Below, one piece after another: positions 1 to 12,500 of a stretch of DNA of 64,000 nucleotides. The stretch's first letter is position 1. Every line of letters begins with the position of its first letter. This stretch comes from Phoronis australis (Eukaryota; Animalia; Phoronida): assembly GCA_002633005.1 (NCBI GenBank), contig NMRA01000430.1:99420-163419 (forward strand), given 5' to 3'. The notes under the pieces were generated by a model. The model saw nothing but the letters and a program-made list of their open reading frames with translations, was not told the DNA's origin and did not search any database. Position numbers and translations under genes: made by a program.

Positions 1-539
1 TTTGGTTTCTGAATTTGTTGCAAATTGTTGGTATTAACTTAGTACCAGCAGGTCATGCAGTGTTTCTGTTTGGTGGTTATGCCTTAGTTCTCTGAGTGGA
101 ATCTTGCTGTCTTTGTTGGAAATGTCCTCTGGCAAATATCAGTTTTTTTCCAGATTTGTTGAAATTCTGTCAAATATAATGTGCTGAAATGTGAGACTAC
201 AACAAATGCTTGAGAAAAAGTTTTGAGGGTGAATTATGTGTCGTCTTGGCTACTTGTTTGTTGGTATTGATTATAATTTTGATTTGACATTCTTAAATGT
301 CATTCCCACTAGAACGCAAGTAAATGTGTCATGTTTGAATTTATGATTTCTCATTTTGTCTGTAAAAATCGCGCTGCTGGTGCCCACATACAGATCTGGT
401 GACACTTATTTCCATTTTGAATTTGATAGCATAGATTTGATAGCATAGATTTCTTCCCACGAATAACAACACCTAATGAATTTCCTTTATGATCGACGTA
501 TTTCACATTTAGACGGCGGAGTCTTGGTTACACTTTCAG

Positions 540-3500
540 GGCAAGTGTCAGAGAAAGGACCCTCCATGTAAATACCTGCATCCGCCACAACACCTACGAG
601 AGCAGTTGTTACAGAATGGCAGAAATAACCTGATCTTGCGAAACATACAAATGCAAGCATTGGCAGCCCAGGTGACGACAGGGATGCCCCCTATGGTGCC
701 AAGTGTGATGCCTGTAGTAAGTCACATTTTGTATTTACCGCCCTCTGGTGTCTACTTATGGAGGTTCTATGTGAGCATCAAAAGAATTTGTAAGGCAAGG
801 GACTATTTGAATGAGAGTAATTCTGACGGGAATGTGTTAAACGCCTGTGTTGAAGTTTTAGACAAGTTGATGTCTGCTTTAACTGTTCAGGTGAAGCAAC
901 TGTAAGCATGCGACAAATTTTTTAATAAAATTATCTTTGTGATTTAGGTTGAATTGAAAGCTGATACTTCGTAAACAAGGCTTTCAATGGTATCGATGCG
1001 AAAAGTATTCCTTCTCCACCTGTTTATGGTGGGCCACATTGTTGTTTTTGTGGCCTCATTTTAAAGTCATCGTTTGCAACACCTATGTTGGTTGCACGCT
1101 ACAGCCAAATGAAACGGAAATATCCTGAAAGAGGAAGCGAAATTTTGTTGTCACTATTTTTCATTAAGCAATAATTTCTGTTTCTTTCTCAGTGGTGAAT
1201 TGAGCTTCAATGTATTGTAATATCTTCCGGAACTGTTCAGTGTTGTTGGTTTCTGGTGTGCTTTCGTTGTAGAACTATACATTTCTAGAAGTCGTGCGTC
1301 AAATATTCCTTTTTTGACAATGGCGTCATTTTTTTTTATAAATGCAGACATCATGCTGTGTCACATCCACTTTTGTCCGCCATATTTTTGAACAGACTGC
1401 TGTTGACATGTTCATACTTTAGACAGGAGATAGATTAGTGCAGTGAGCCTGATCTGCTGGCAACACACTGTGTGAAAGGGACAGCAGACTTCAAAGGGTT
1501 TTCAGGGGTCATCAGACATGGGTTGGACTCCAGGGCATGATACTCTCAAAGGCTCCCTTGTTTTACCTCCAAAACATGGTCACTGGGGGAGGGGGTCCTT
1601 GTTTTCATCTGTGATCCTGCCTCTTTTAATCTACGAGATCTGAAGGCTGTGTGTTGTGTATAATGTAATCAGCTCAACTGAAGTTGGCTAGTGGATATGT
1701 TTGTACATTTGATCATGAGTTGACATTATGTACACACTACACTAAGCCAACATGACTTCAACACTTGATCAGCAGGAGACCAGTGTCGCCATGCAACTTC
1801 CAAGTGTTTTTGAGTTTCCTACTCCTACTAACATATTTTTCCGATTGTCGGTATTTTGGTTACATGCCAAAGATTGACATTAAGAATAAGTGATCTATTA
1901 ACTTCCCTTTCCTTTTTTTCATTTCTGGCATACGATGCGAGTGGTAAACCGATCTCATATTCAGCAGCCATGATTCCTGGACAGACATATGTGGTAAAGT
2001 TATCTTAATCGTTGCTTGGGGCCGCTACTTCTGCTTTGCTGAAGCAGGATTGCATAGTAAAAAGACCTGGAATCACTCTCAATACAAGTGATATGCCCAA
2101 AAGTGTTAACAACTTTCCCAGAAAGCTTATCGAAATTGACAATTTTTGGTTGAAAAAGGTACTGATTGTTTCAATCGCTAAAAGTCTAAACAATTTCTGG
2201 ATTTGTCATGTTTAGAAAATAGTTTTATTTGGAAATAAAATGTAACACACTCCCAAGGTATCGGGTATGTTTACATTAAAATGGTGCGCGGGATCATAAC
2301 AATGCCTTGAAAGTTATTTGATGAGCGCTAAGCCATTCTGAATCTTATAGATTTGAAAAAAATGTTATCAACAAATCACATTATTTTGTGAGTTAAAACA
2401 ACAGTATCACTGACAAAAACAACCATTTGTCTAGTGTTGGTCCTTTTCGTCTGTATGTTGGCCTTAATGGTCTGTCAGAGGCGGGGTATTGACTGGTCTG
2501 GTCAGTGGTAAAGAGCGATTCCTTGGTTTTCAGTTGAGCACACCGAATGCTTACTTCCTGTGCTTCCCAAAATGCTTTGCAGTAGTCCTAAAATGGCATT
2601 GTCTATTGAATTGTCTCGGGAGCTTTAAACTGTCCATGATGGATCCATTCATTTTATAATAATTTAACAATGGTAATGATTGCTACTGATGGCACACGTT
2701 TTGTCATTGTGTCGTTGCTAGAGGACCTAAGTCATCCAGGGTGCGCTGCCATGGGAGTTGTATACGAGATGTGCCACTCGAATGGGGGGCTTTTTTCACG
2801 ACCAGTGTTTCTGTTAAAGGGTGTCCTTATGTCAAAACTTTCTACGGAATGGTGCATTTTCTGATTTAGTTTCCTACAAAAGGTTCATTTAGGGAGTTAA
2901 AAACTTAAGCAAGGGAAACCATTTTCTTACTCTGCGTCAATGCGCAGAAGGATTTTTAATGTTTCCTATATTTTTTAAAGCTTTGATTGCCAAGGACATG
3001 CTCATTTTTGTCAACAAGGAATCTTTTATACTGTTTCAGGCTTAAAGGGTTGAAATGATGCCTGTCTAAGAATCTTGCAAAGGGGTTAGGTTTTTGTAAG
3101 GAACAAAAAGTGTTTCTAGACCAAAACTCTGCAAAAGGGTGACTTTCATGGAAGCTCTCTTAATGAGTGATTACCTTTTCCAGCTACTTCCCAGTCTAAT
3201 AATAGTGGAGCACCCCTTGGGCTAGACTATGCCAGTCGCTCTTTGATCACATTTGACTACAGCATTGACACAGAACCCTGTTTCTTTGGGTCAGTCTCGT
3301 GATTGAGCGTTTTCTTCACTTTTTGGAAATTTCTGTTTACGTTTTTGTTGCCACTAAATGCGGATGCCAGTCATGTGACCACGCGCTCACCTGTTCTATC
3401 TTTTGTGCTTGCTTTGCAGCTTCTCTCTGTTCAAGCGCCACGTAGATAAAATTCTAGATTTTTTATTTTTAAAAGAATTGTGTAATTGAGTACTCCTAAT

Positions 3501-6500
3501 TTGTAATGTCTGAATACTTGTTAATACATAACTTAATAGCATCTCAATATTAATAATGAATTTCTGAAGTCTTGTCTCATTTTTGAAATGTCCAATCCGT
3601 TTTTTCCCATCTTTGTTTAAAAGTTAATAATCTTGATGTTTTCATTTCAAAGTTGGTGACCGTAAATCAAACCTCCTCAGTAGGGATCGGTTGTTATTTT
3701 GAAAAGGTCACAACATGTGTATGGAGTAACCTCAACATCACATAACATATGACAGTACCAGTCAATAAAGTGAGGTTGTCTTGCCTGGTCCCTGTCTAGA
3801 CTGTATTATCTAGTCTATTGTTATTATCACTTGTTGTATCACTGTAACCATCTGTCTGCCTGTATTGTAGCAAAGTCCGTACATCGCTGCAGCCTCCAAC
3901 AGTTACCCCTACAGTGCCATGACCTCGATGTCCGGAGTTCTGCCCAGTGTTGCCACCTCTGATCCTAGTGCCATAACACAGCCACAGGCGGCTGCTTCGC
4001 CTAATTCCGTCACGACTACCATGCCAGCACCTAAGATGCAGCGACCAGACAGACTGGAGGTAACATTATGAGTTGCGTGACTGCACACACAGTTGACTAC
4101 GACCATGTAGAACCTCTCAACTCCCACTCAAACCATCCACTGCAGTTTAGATCTTGTGTTGTGCATGCTTGGCTGTCAACAGTCTCTTACTTATTGTTAG
4201 TCGACACCCTACTTCAGTCTATTTAAGTCCTCATGCAGTCTATTGTTTCACGTTTACATCATACATGTTCACTTATATCTACCTGTTCTGTTTTTGTTAC
4301 AAATACTGAAATTGGAACTAGGTGCTAAGGATTTAAAGCATTGAGCAAGCGTTAGTCATTTTGGCACATCTGACCGGTGTCGTGCATCCTAAATGGTGTA
4401 TTTGTCTACATTACACGTGTCCGCTGTCACGCATCGAAGATGGAGCAGCGCACTTTGGACATGTCAGTTATGTGTGAGCTACTATGTTATTTTCATTTTT
4501 AAATCAAAATAGTTTTCAAAAACGATGTTGTTTTGCAAAAATTCGTCACTGACGCCAGACTCGAAAACGAGGCGATGAATGTTGAGGAGTTAGTGTCAGT
4601 TGTTCAGCTTTCCTGCTGTTGTGTTCTAACTGGCATGATGAAACTACAAAAGGAAGTGTCGCTACTCGGTCATTGAGCTCTTGTTCAGTGTTGCTAGATG
4701 ATGTCAAGGTCATGGCCACTCTTCTCACTTTATCTATGCAAGCCATTGTTTTTGCATTCTTAATTTCGTCACAGTTCAGTTTGTGCTAAGCCGCTTAGAC
4801 TGGTCTTGCTCAAAGTTAATCCTTACAGTTTTATTCATTTCAGTATGTTAAAAACTGACAAAGAAAAGTGACTCTAAATCTTGAAAACAAAATAGTTTTA
4901 TGTTGTGGTTTGCCCAACTTAGTCTTTGAAGCAATTTATTAAGTTAACAAATGTATGGGTCAACGTTGTTTGTTAACTAAATGTAGATTTTGCTGTCTTT
5001 GTAAACTTTGGCACATTCCCTCTTAAAAACCACCGTAAAAATTACATTATTTATGCATTTGGTCGCAAATTGCGATGGAAGAGAACATGCAAACATGCCA
5101 CCTTGGCTTTTATCTCCTTCATCTGTGCAACACCGCAGTTCGACTTCCTATCTTTCCAAATATTTGCACATTTTCTAATTTAGCCAAACCGTCAGTGAAG
5201 ATGACACAAATGAAGAATGTACACGGCATACGGTGTCACGTGGCGTTGCAGCTACTTTCAAGATTTAAGAGTCGTATCTTTGCAAAGCACCACTGTCCTA
5301 TATCTTGACCCCTGTATCGTAGTCCTGGGCACCACTGCTAGCTTTGTGGCCTTAATCTTTACCACTTTTTTCTTTCGGTAAAAAACTCAGCTTATCAGCT
5401 TTTCGCAACTCTTTGCGTGCAAACTGTGTTACTTTCTGATTTGAGAAGCTCTACGCTTTGAATATGGGGCAACCTCTGACTGACGACAGTGCCGCGTGCT
5501 GGTTGGTTGGTTTTGCAAAATCAACGTTTCGGTAAAAAGCTGGTCACCTTAAGGCTTGAGTGTTTGAATTTTCAGGTGTGCCGCGAATTTCAGCGGGGCA
5601 CTTGTACTAGACACGCCAACGAGTGTCGTTACGCGCACCCACCCGAAAGTGTCTGTATTGAGCAAACTGACAACACAGTAACAGTCTGTATGGACAATGT
5701 AAAGGGCAAGTGCTCCCGGGACTCCTGTAGATATTTCCACCCCCCTGCTCACCTACACGCTCAGATTAAAGCAAACCAGCAAAGAGCTAACTCTGCTGCT
5801 GTGCAAGCAATGGTAGGAACATCCAGCTAGATCTCTTCACTTTGTTCTTTGTCTCGTGTTATTGTATCTCTAGTGAGAACAAGCCCCTGTGTCCTGTCCT
5901 GTCAGACAGCCATGTCTGCTTCCAAATGGACCTGTCGGACAGATCCAGTACAGCCATGCTTGGACTCTAAGTGGACCTGTCAGACAGACCCAGTACAGCC
6001 ATGCTGGCCCCTAACTGGTTCTGGCAGACAGACCCAGTACAGCCTTGGTGGCCACTAACTGGTCCTGTCAGACAGACCCAGTACCGTCATGCCTGGCCTC
6101 TAACTGGACCTGTCAGACAGACCCAGTACAGCCATGCTGGCCACTAAGTGGTCCTGTCAGACAGACCCAGTGCAGTCATGGTGGCCACTAACTGGTCCTG
6201 TCAGACAGACCCAGTACAGCCATACTGGCCCCTAACTGGTCCTGTCAGACAGACCCAGTACAGCCATGGTGGCCACTAACTGGTCCGTCCTGTCAGACAG
6301 ACCCAGTACAGTCATGCCTGGACTCTAACTGGGCCTGTCAGACAGACCCAGTAGTCATACCTGGCCTCTAACTAGTCCTGTCAGACAAACCCAGTACAGC
6401 CATGGTGGCCCCCTAACTGGTCCTGTCAGACAGACCCGGTACAGTCATGCCTGGCCTCTAACTGGATTTTCCGCTGCCTGTGGCTCCCTCTATCAACCTA

Positions 6501-9500
6501 CAACAACTTTCGTAGCTTGTCACTTTAGTTTGCATGTGTGAAAGCCTGCTTGTCTGTTCTTAGTACCTGAGTGTATACCTAGCCAGATGAAGTTATAAAA
6601 TGTACAAGTACTTCATTGAATGTCGTCTGCTTTGGTCAAAAGAAGCCCACATTCACATGGTCCTGTTATCACTAGAGATGTGTAGAGCACCATAGCCAGC
6701 ACTATAGATATGGTACAGTGATGAGTCACTGTCTGCTTCAAACTGTGACAGAGTGTCGGCTTGCTTCTCTTCTCATCATCAACATGACATTCTGTTGTAC
6801 TACAACTTTGCCTACAGCTTCTCTGTATTTCAGTTAATTGTTGGCGGTCATGACACTCTCAAATTGATGCTAACCGACAGTATTAAGTCGACTTAATGTT
6901 GTAACTTTCAGATATATGATAATTGACTCTTAACATTACTGGTGCAGTACTGTTGACCTTGTATCGTGTTTATTTGTCTATTGTTCAGCTCAGTTTCAGT
7001 CTCCTGCTTGCCTTTCAATTCATGTGTAGCTCGCACACACTACTGGCAGGTCCTTGTCCGGTGGTCGCTGCCTGGACCTGCTCTGGTCATGGTCATATCA
7101 GCCTGTCCTGTTACAACTTCTGTGCACTAATCCTGCAGTAATGTTTTTGCCTGTTAGTGTTATGACACTGTGTGTTTCTTTTGAAGTTTATATTGAAAGG
7201 CATGTGGGTTGAAGTTGAGCTGTATTTATTTATCGCATGTTGGTTGAACATGTCAACTCAGATGGTGCTTTTTCTTTTTTATTTTATCACCCATCGTGCC
7301 TTGCCGCTTGCCTGTGTCATGTGCCGCCATCCCTGCAAATGCTGCCATTTCATTGGCCAAAATGCCATCGTGCTCGCATACTAATTAGCCGCCAGTGGTT
7401 GAGGTCAAGACAGCCCTGAAGCGACCTCGTGACCCTGCAGACGATCTCGTTCTGGTACTATTACCCATCATGCTTTGCATGTAGCAGTAATTTGATAGTC
7501 ATGCTTTGATAGGACAGTTGCACAGTCACATGATGTTTAGCTATAATTTCTGTGCGCATTAGTCTTTCACTTGTGTTTCACAGGCAACAACTCGCTATTG
7601 TATACATATATTTCGCCTTCTTGGCTTACGTACATGTGTGCTACTTGGTTATGGCCAGCTGGAACGTACATACGCTGTTGGCAGGTGGTGCTGTATCACG
7701 GGCTACTCATTCACCTTCGTTTCTTTCCATCTTGGGGAAAAGTCAACAGCTTCTGTAATCCTCAAATTTCCAACACTTTCAATTGTTCAAAATGCTTGTC
7801 ATGTGATTTTGCTGTCCTTTGTCAGAGTTTTGACTACTATTTACTATCTTAATGTAGCTCAACTTTCTCATGTTTATTTACCATACAATTGTCATGTGTT
7901 AGTGTTTGGTTTTTGGTTTTGTGTAGAATGCCACTTTCACCTTGTTATGGCCCGATTTGTATGAACGTCTCTCTACTGCGCTCTTAACCACACCTTCCAC
8001 ACAAATCAATATTTTGTCTGTGTTGCATAAAATAAAGACCTACTACTCAACATCTTGCCCCCTGTGTGTCAGAGTGTGTATCCGTCTGCCTCTGGTGAGT
8101 TTGGCCAGCAGACTGTGACCGAATTGGACCAAAACATTGAAAATGTTAATGTAACTAAATCATAGCTATTTCCTGTTCTTGAATTACAATAATTTTACAA
8201 ACTCTAGCTGTCTTTCCTCCCTTTTTACATACTTGTGAAATTGGTGTTCTGCACAAAATTGTGTTTAAAGTGCATTTGATGAAGTCATGACGCTTGACAG
8301 TGTTTACTGACCCTCCCTGGTGCAGGACAGTCAGCACTGTCGGCTGTTTGTGATTGAAGGAAACTGAGCAGTCTACGTTTCATTTAGATTCTCTATCTTA
8401 CAAATACACTGTGCATATTTTTGGATTCATGATCTTTTCCAAGTTGTCCTGTAATTGTTTTGTAAAATTTTGTCACTGCATCTTTTGTTCCTGGAAACTA
8501 CAATTAACTCTGAAATATTCCGATGCTTTTTATGGACTAGACTATTAACAAAAGTTAACATGGCGTGCATGCGAGCCAGGCATGGCGCGTGTCATTCTAC
8601 TCGCTTTATACTCAGTCTGCAGTGACTCAATTTAAAGACACAGCCTTCATTTATTTTGCCCACAGTGAGCGATCAAACTGATGAGCATCACCTCACAAAT
8701 ACAAGTGTGAGGTCACGACCTCACAAGTAAAGGTGTGAGGTCACGACCTCACAACTACAAGTGTGACGTCATGGTTGAACAGGCTGTGTGGTGGTGTCCT
8801 CGCCAACCCCACGGCCTGCGTATCCAAGCTGTCTTCAATGAGCTTGTTCTGGCTTATAAAGATTAATTGATGGAACCTAAATAGGCAGTGGAGTGTAATT
8901 GGCCCAGTGAAGTGGCTACACTTCCTCTGTCTGATCTGAACTGAACACCAGATGAAAATGAGTGTCAAATATCTCATTCTGAAAAACATTGATAAGAAGC
9001 ACCACCTGTCTTGACCCGTGTAAACGGACAAGACAAGTGTTGAAGGATTGTGATATTTCACAAAGCGCGTTTACATGAAACTGCCTGTTGGTAATGTAAA
9101 TTGCAGACTTGTTATGTGCGGTCAAGTTGTGTCATTTATAAATCGTGGTCTGTCACTTTTCACTGTATTTGACAAAAAGTTGTGAAAGATGGTTGGTTTG
9201 TGTGTCATTTGAACTTGATCATCACTGTGTTAGGTCAAACCACTTAGACATTATCATGTGTAAAATGTTGACTAAATAAGTGTACTTGGGGTGGCTGGAG
9301 CGACTTCCACTGAGTTCATCTTTAAATTGATACGTTTAAGTTGGACCACTGAAACACAGGCGAATTGCATAAATGAAATAACGGTTTTGTTTTTCCAAAA
9401 AATGGTGGTAAATACCGGTATATTGCCCTAGTAAGCATCCTTGTTCTTTATAAGTTCTCCAAACAGGAATTTCTCTACATTGTTATGTTCCCTAACCTCC

Positions 9501-12500
9501 AGACTCTCTGTAGAGTTCATATTTTCCAGTCACAATGCCCTTCAACAATCTGCCATGTTTCAAGAAAAGTAAATAGCTTGTGATTTTACCACACAGAAAC
9601 ATGAAACTAATAAAGTAATGAAGTAATAAATGCGCGCTAACTTTACATGTGGTTCAGTTAATATCACAGGAAGTCTATACCAGTTCCCGTTGCATCTGGT
9701 TTCAGTCAAACATGACTTTGATTTAGAGGTCTGTGGTGTCAAATGTAGATAATTGTTTAGACCAATTTGGTTGTCTATGACAATGAAAGGGTGAACAAAT
9801 TATGAAATATCGTATCAATCAGTTTGAAAACTGCGTGTCACTAGTAGTACTGTGGTAAAACATTGTCACAAGTAAGCCTGCCCTCTGGTGGCGGCTAGTT
9901 GCAGTTTGGGGCTACATTTTCACCGAATTAAGCGCCCTCTGTTGTCATGACTTCCTGATGTCCTGGGTGCTTCTTAGGGCAAATACGGTGTGTTCATTGT
10001 TATCGCCGTTATTAAAATTGTCTGTTAATGAATTGGGCATGGGTCTTGTCTAGTCTGATCAAAACCTCTCGAGTCTCAGATGATCGACACTGAAAATTTC
10101 CTTCAACAAATTTTTCACCATCTTGTTTCGCTCTGCCTCAAGCTGCCCCTTGTCCATCCAATGAAGAGGTCTGTGCCCGATTGCATGAAACTGCCAAATA
10201 GAGACTCAACTAAGTTCCTATATCACCTGCGTATTTGCGGACTTGTGAAAATAATGATTGTGTTTCCTTATGCTGTTTTAGTTTCATTGCTAAGTCAATT
10301 TTTGATTTTGATACACATATATGGTGAATCCTACGTAGAATTCTCAGGATTATCGAAAGTAAATAGGGATCTTTTCCTGCAACGCCCCTTATTTAAGGAC
10401 TAAGTCCCTAATATTTTTTTCATCAAACTCAGGGCTCAGTTTCCAGTTATATTAATAGAAAATGACATTAGTCAATGAGAAGCTAATAACAAAGATGAAA
10501 TGATAAAAAGGATTGCATCTGTGAGTAAAAAACGACAAAATGCACAAAAGATTTAGGGAACTCAGTTAAGTGCCTATTGACTGTTTCATGCAACTGGCCA
10601 TTGGGGTCTGAGGTCTGACCTATTAACCTCACCCTTTCCTGTATGTCAGGCTGTGTATAGTGCTATAACATTTTAGTCCAGTGATTTAAGTTCAGGTTTG
10701 CCTGTGGATTAAATGAGAAGTTTTAGCCAGTGTTAGACCACAAAAATGACACATCTCTCTTGCTGTATGTCTCAGTGTTTGTTTACTAACTGCCCTTCGT
10801 CATTTGTTCCCCATCTAGCAGTACACAGGAGGCTTGCCACAGACAGCTATGGGTTTCCCACCCACCATGTTGAACTATTACAAGAGACCAGCGCTGGCCG
10901 ATGGTAAGAGTGGCCTCCCAGTCTACCAGCCTGCTACGGTGGTCAACTACCAGACACTAGCAGCCATGCAGATGGCCGGCCAGCCGCAGGCGTACGTGCC
11001 CATGTCATGTAAGTAGGTCACACTAATGCTGCCTGTGTAGAGCGTTATTGCATGAGTTCTCGGTTGAATGCACCAATTGACCTATCTCCAACTGAATGTT
11101 TTGATTGCATGGTCGGTCGGAGCATGGTTATGCGCTCACATGTTATGTGGTCGCATATTGTCGTCCTGTCCCAGTGGCAGCACAATATCTTAATAACGGC
11201 TGGTCGCATCTTAGTGAAATATGTTACCAGGGTGTGGGCCATCAGTAGAGTGGTGCACAACACTTTTCAATCTGCTCCCAGGGCTAGAAGGCTGGCGTTT
11301 TCAGTGTTTTGTTTGAGGGATGAGTGTTTCCAAAGGAAATCTATAGAACTGATGGACAGATTTCAGCACACCCTTATGTGTCTTTTAGTCTCAAGGGTTT
11401 TTCAGTATCTTTTGGGAATGAGCATTTCCGAGTCATATCTCAAAAATTGGTCCGTCAATTTTAATAAAACACAACAGAGAGGTATCCGATGTCAATGTGC
11501 TGACACCAGTCAAGTTTTGGGCAAATTTGAATTCTGATCCCCCTCAAATCATTTTTCTGTCTGCCTTTGTGCCTGCCAGTCTCGGATGCCTAGTGCTTTT
11601 TTCCTTTGTGGCATTTTTTATATTTTTTTGTTGAAAATGTTGAAAACTTCATTTTTGACTTGATCTTAGTTTAAATGGGAAGATGCCTTGAAGGCTTATG
11701 TCAATTTGACTACTACAGCTCCTCTGTGTGTCAAAATGTTGTCTCCTAGTATTTCACATGAAGCTGACGATCACCCCTGGGTAAATACCGTTTGCTGTGT
11801 ACAGTGGGTACATATCCATGCATTGGTCTGGTTAAATTTAGATGCTATCTATTAAATATGCGCCCATGATCATTAGAGCTTGCCAGAAGTTATGATGAAG
11901 AATGCAGAGCTGTTGGTTGTTTGGTGATGGGTCAAATATGTGAACTATGGAATGTATGCTAGCTTTATACTCAAATGTTATCTGGCTGGGTTGCTTTGTG
12001 TGTTTTTAAAACTCTTTATGGACACTTAAATTTTCACATTTTGTTGCTTTTCATGTACCTTTCACTAAGTATTTTTATTTTAAACAAAAAGTTTTTTTTC
12101 TCATTTCAACAACTCCTCGTGTGACACCTGTTTGTTATATTTTCACGTCTGGCTGTTACTACTGCGCAATGCTGTCACAAACAATTGTCTCAATTCTTCC
12201 CGTTTGTTTTCATTGAAAGACGCTTTCTATCTTGTTGATTACGAAAGTATTGTATTGGTTGTTTTGTGCATGACTATAATTTGACAGCTTGTGACTAACT
12301 ACTTGGTGTGTTTCATTTCATATCTGATTGCCTGCTGCTTGCATGCTTCCTTTTCACAGTGCCCTTTGTACCCACGCTGCAGCCGTTAGGGGGCGCCACC
12401 CCCGCCCCTGGTGCCGCCACCGCTCACCTCGTTACTAACGCCTCTAGCGTTGTTTACTTAGACGATAACAATCAGGTAGTTTATCACTTTTTGGCTACCC

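Noticed and set aside
5895-6465. CRISPR-like regular array
   Set aside because: Contiguous tandem units without unique spacers, no cas genes, and located in a eukaryotic intron.
8678-8700. CTGATGAG hammerhead ribozyme core
   Set aside because: No downstream stem II plus GAAA element found.
11052-11537. 161-aa ORF after the KRPAL exon
   Set aside because: Intronic, no recognisable motif, and not in frame with a supported splice path.
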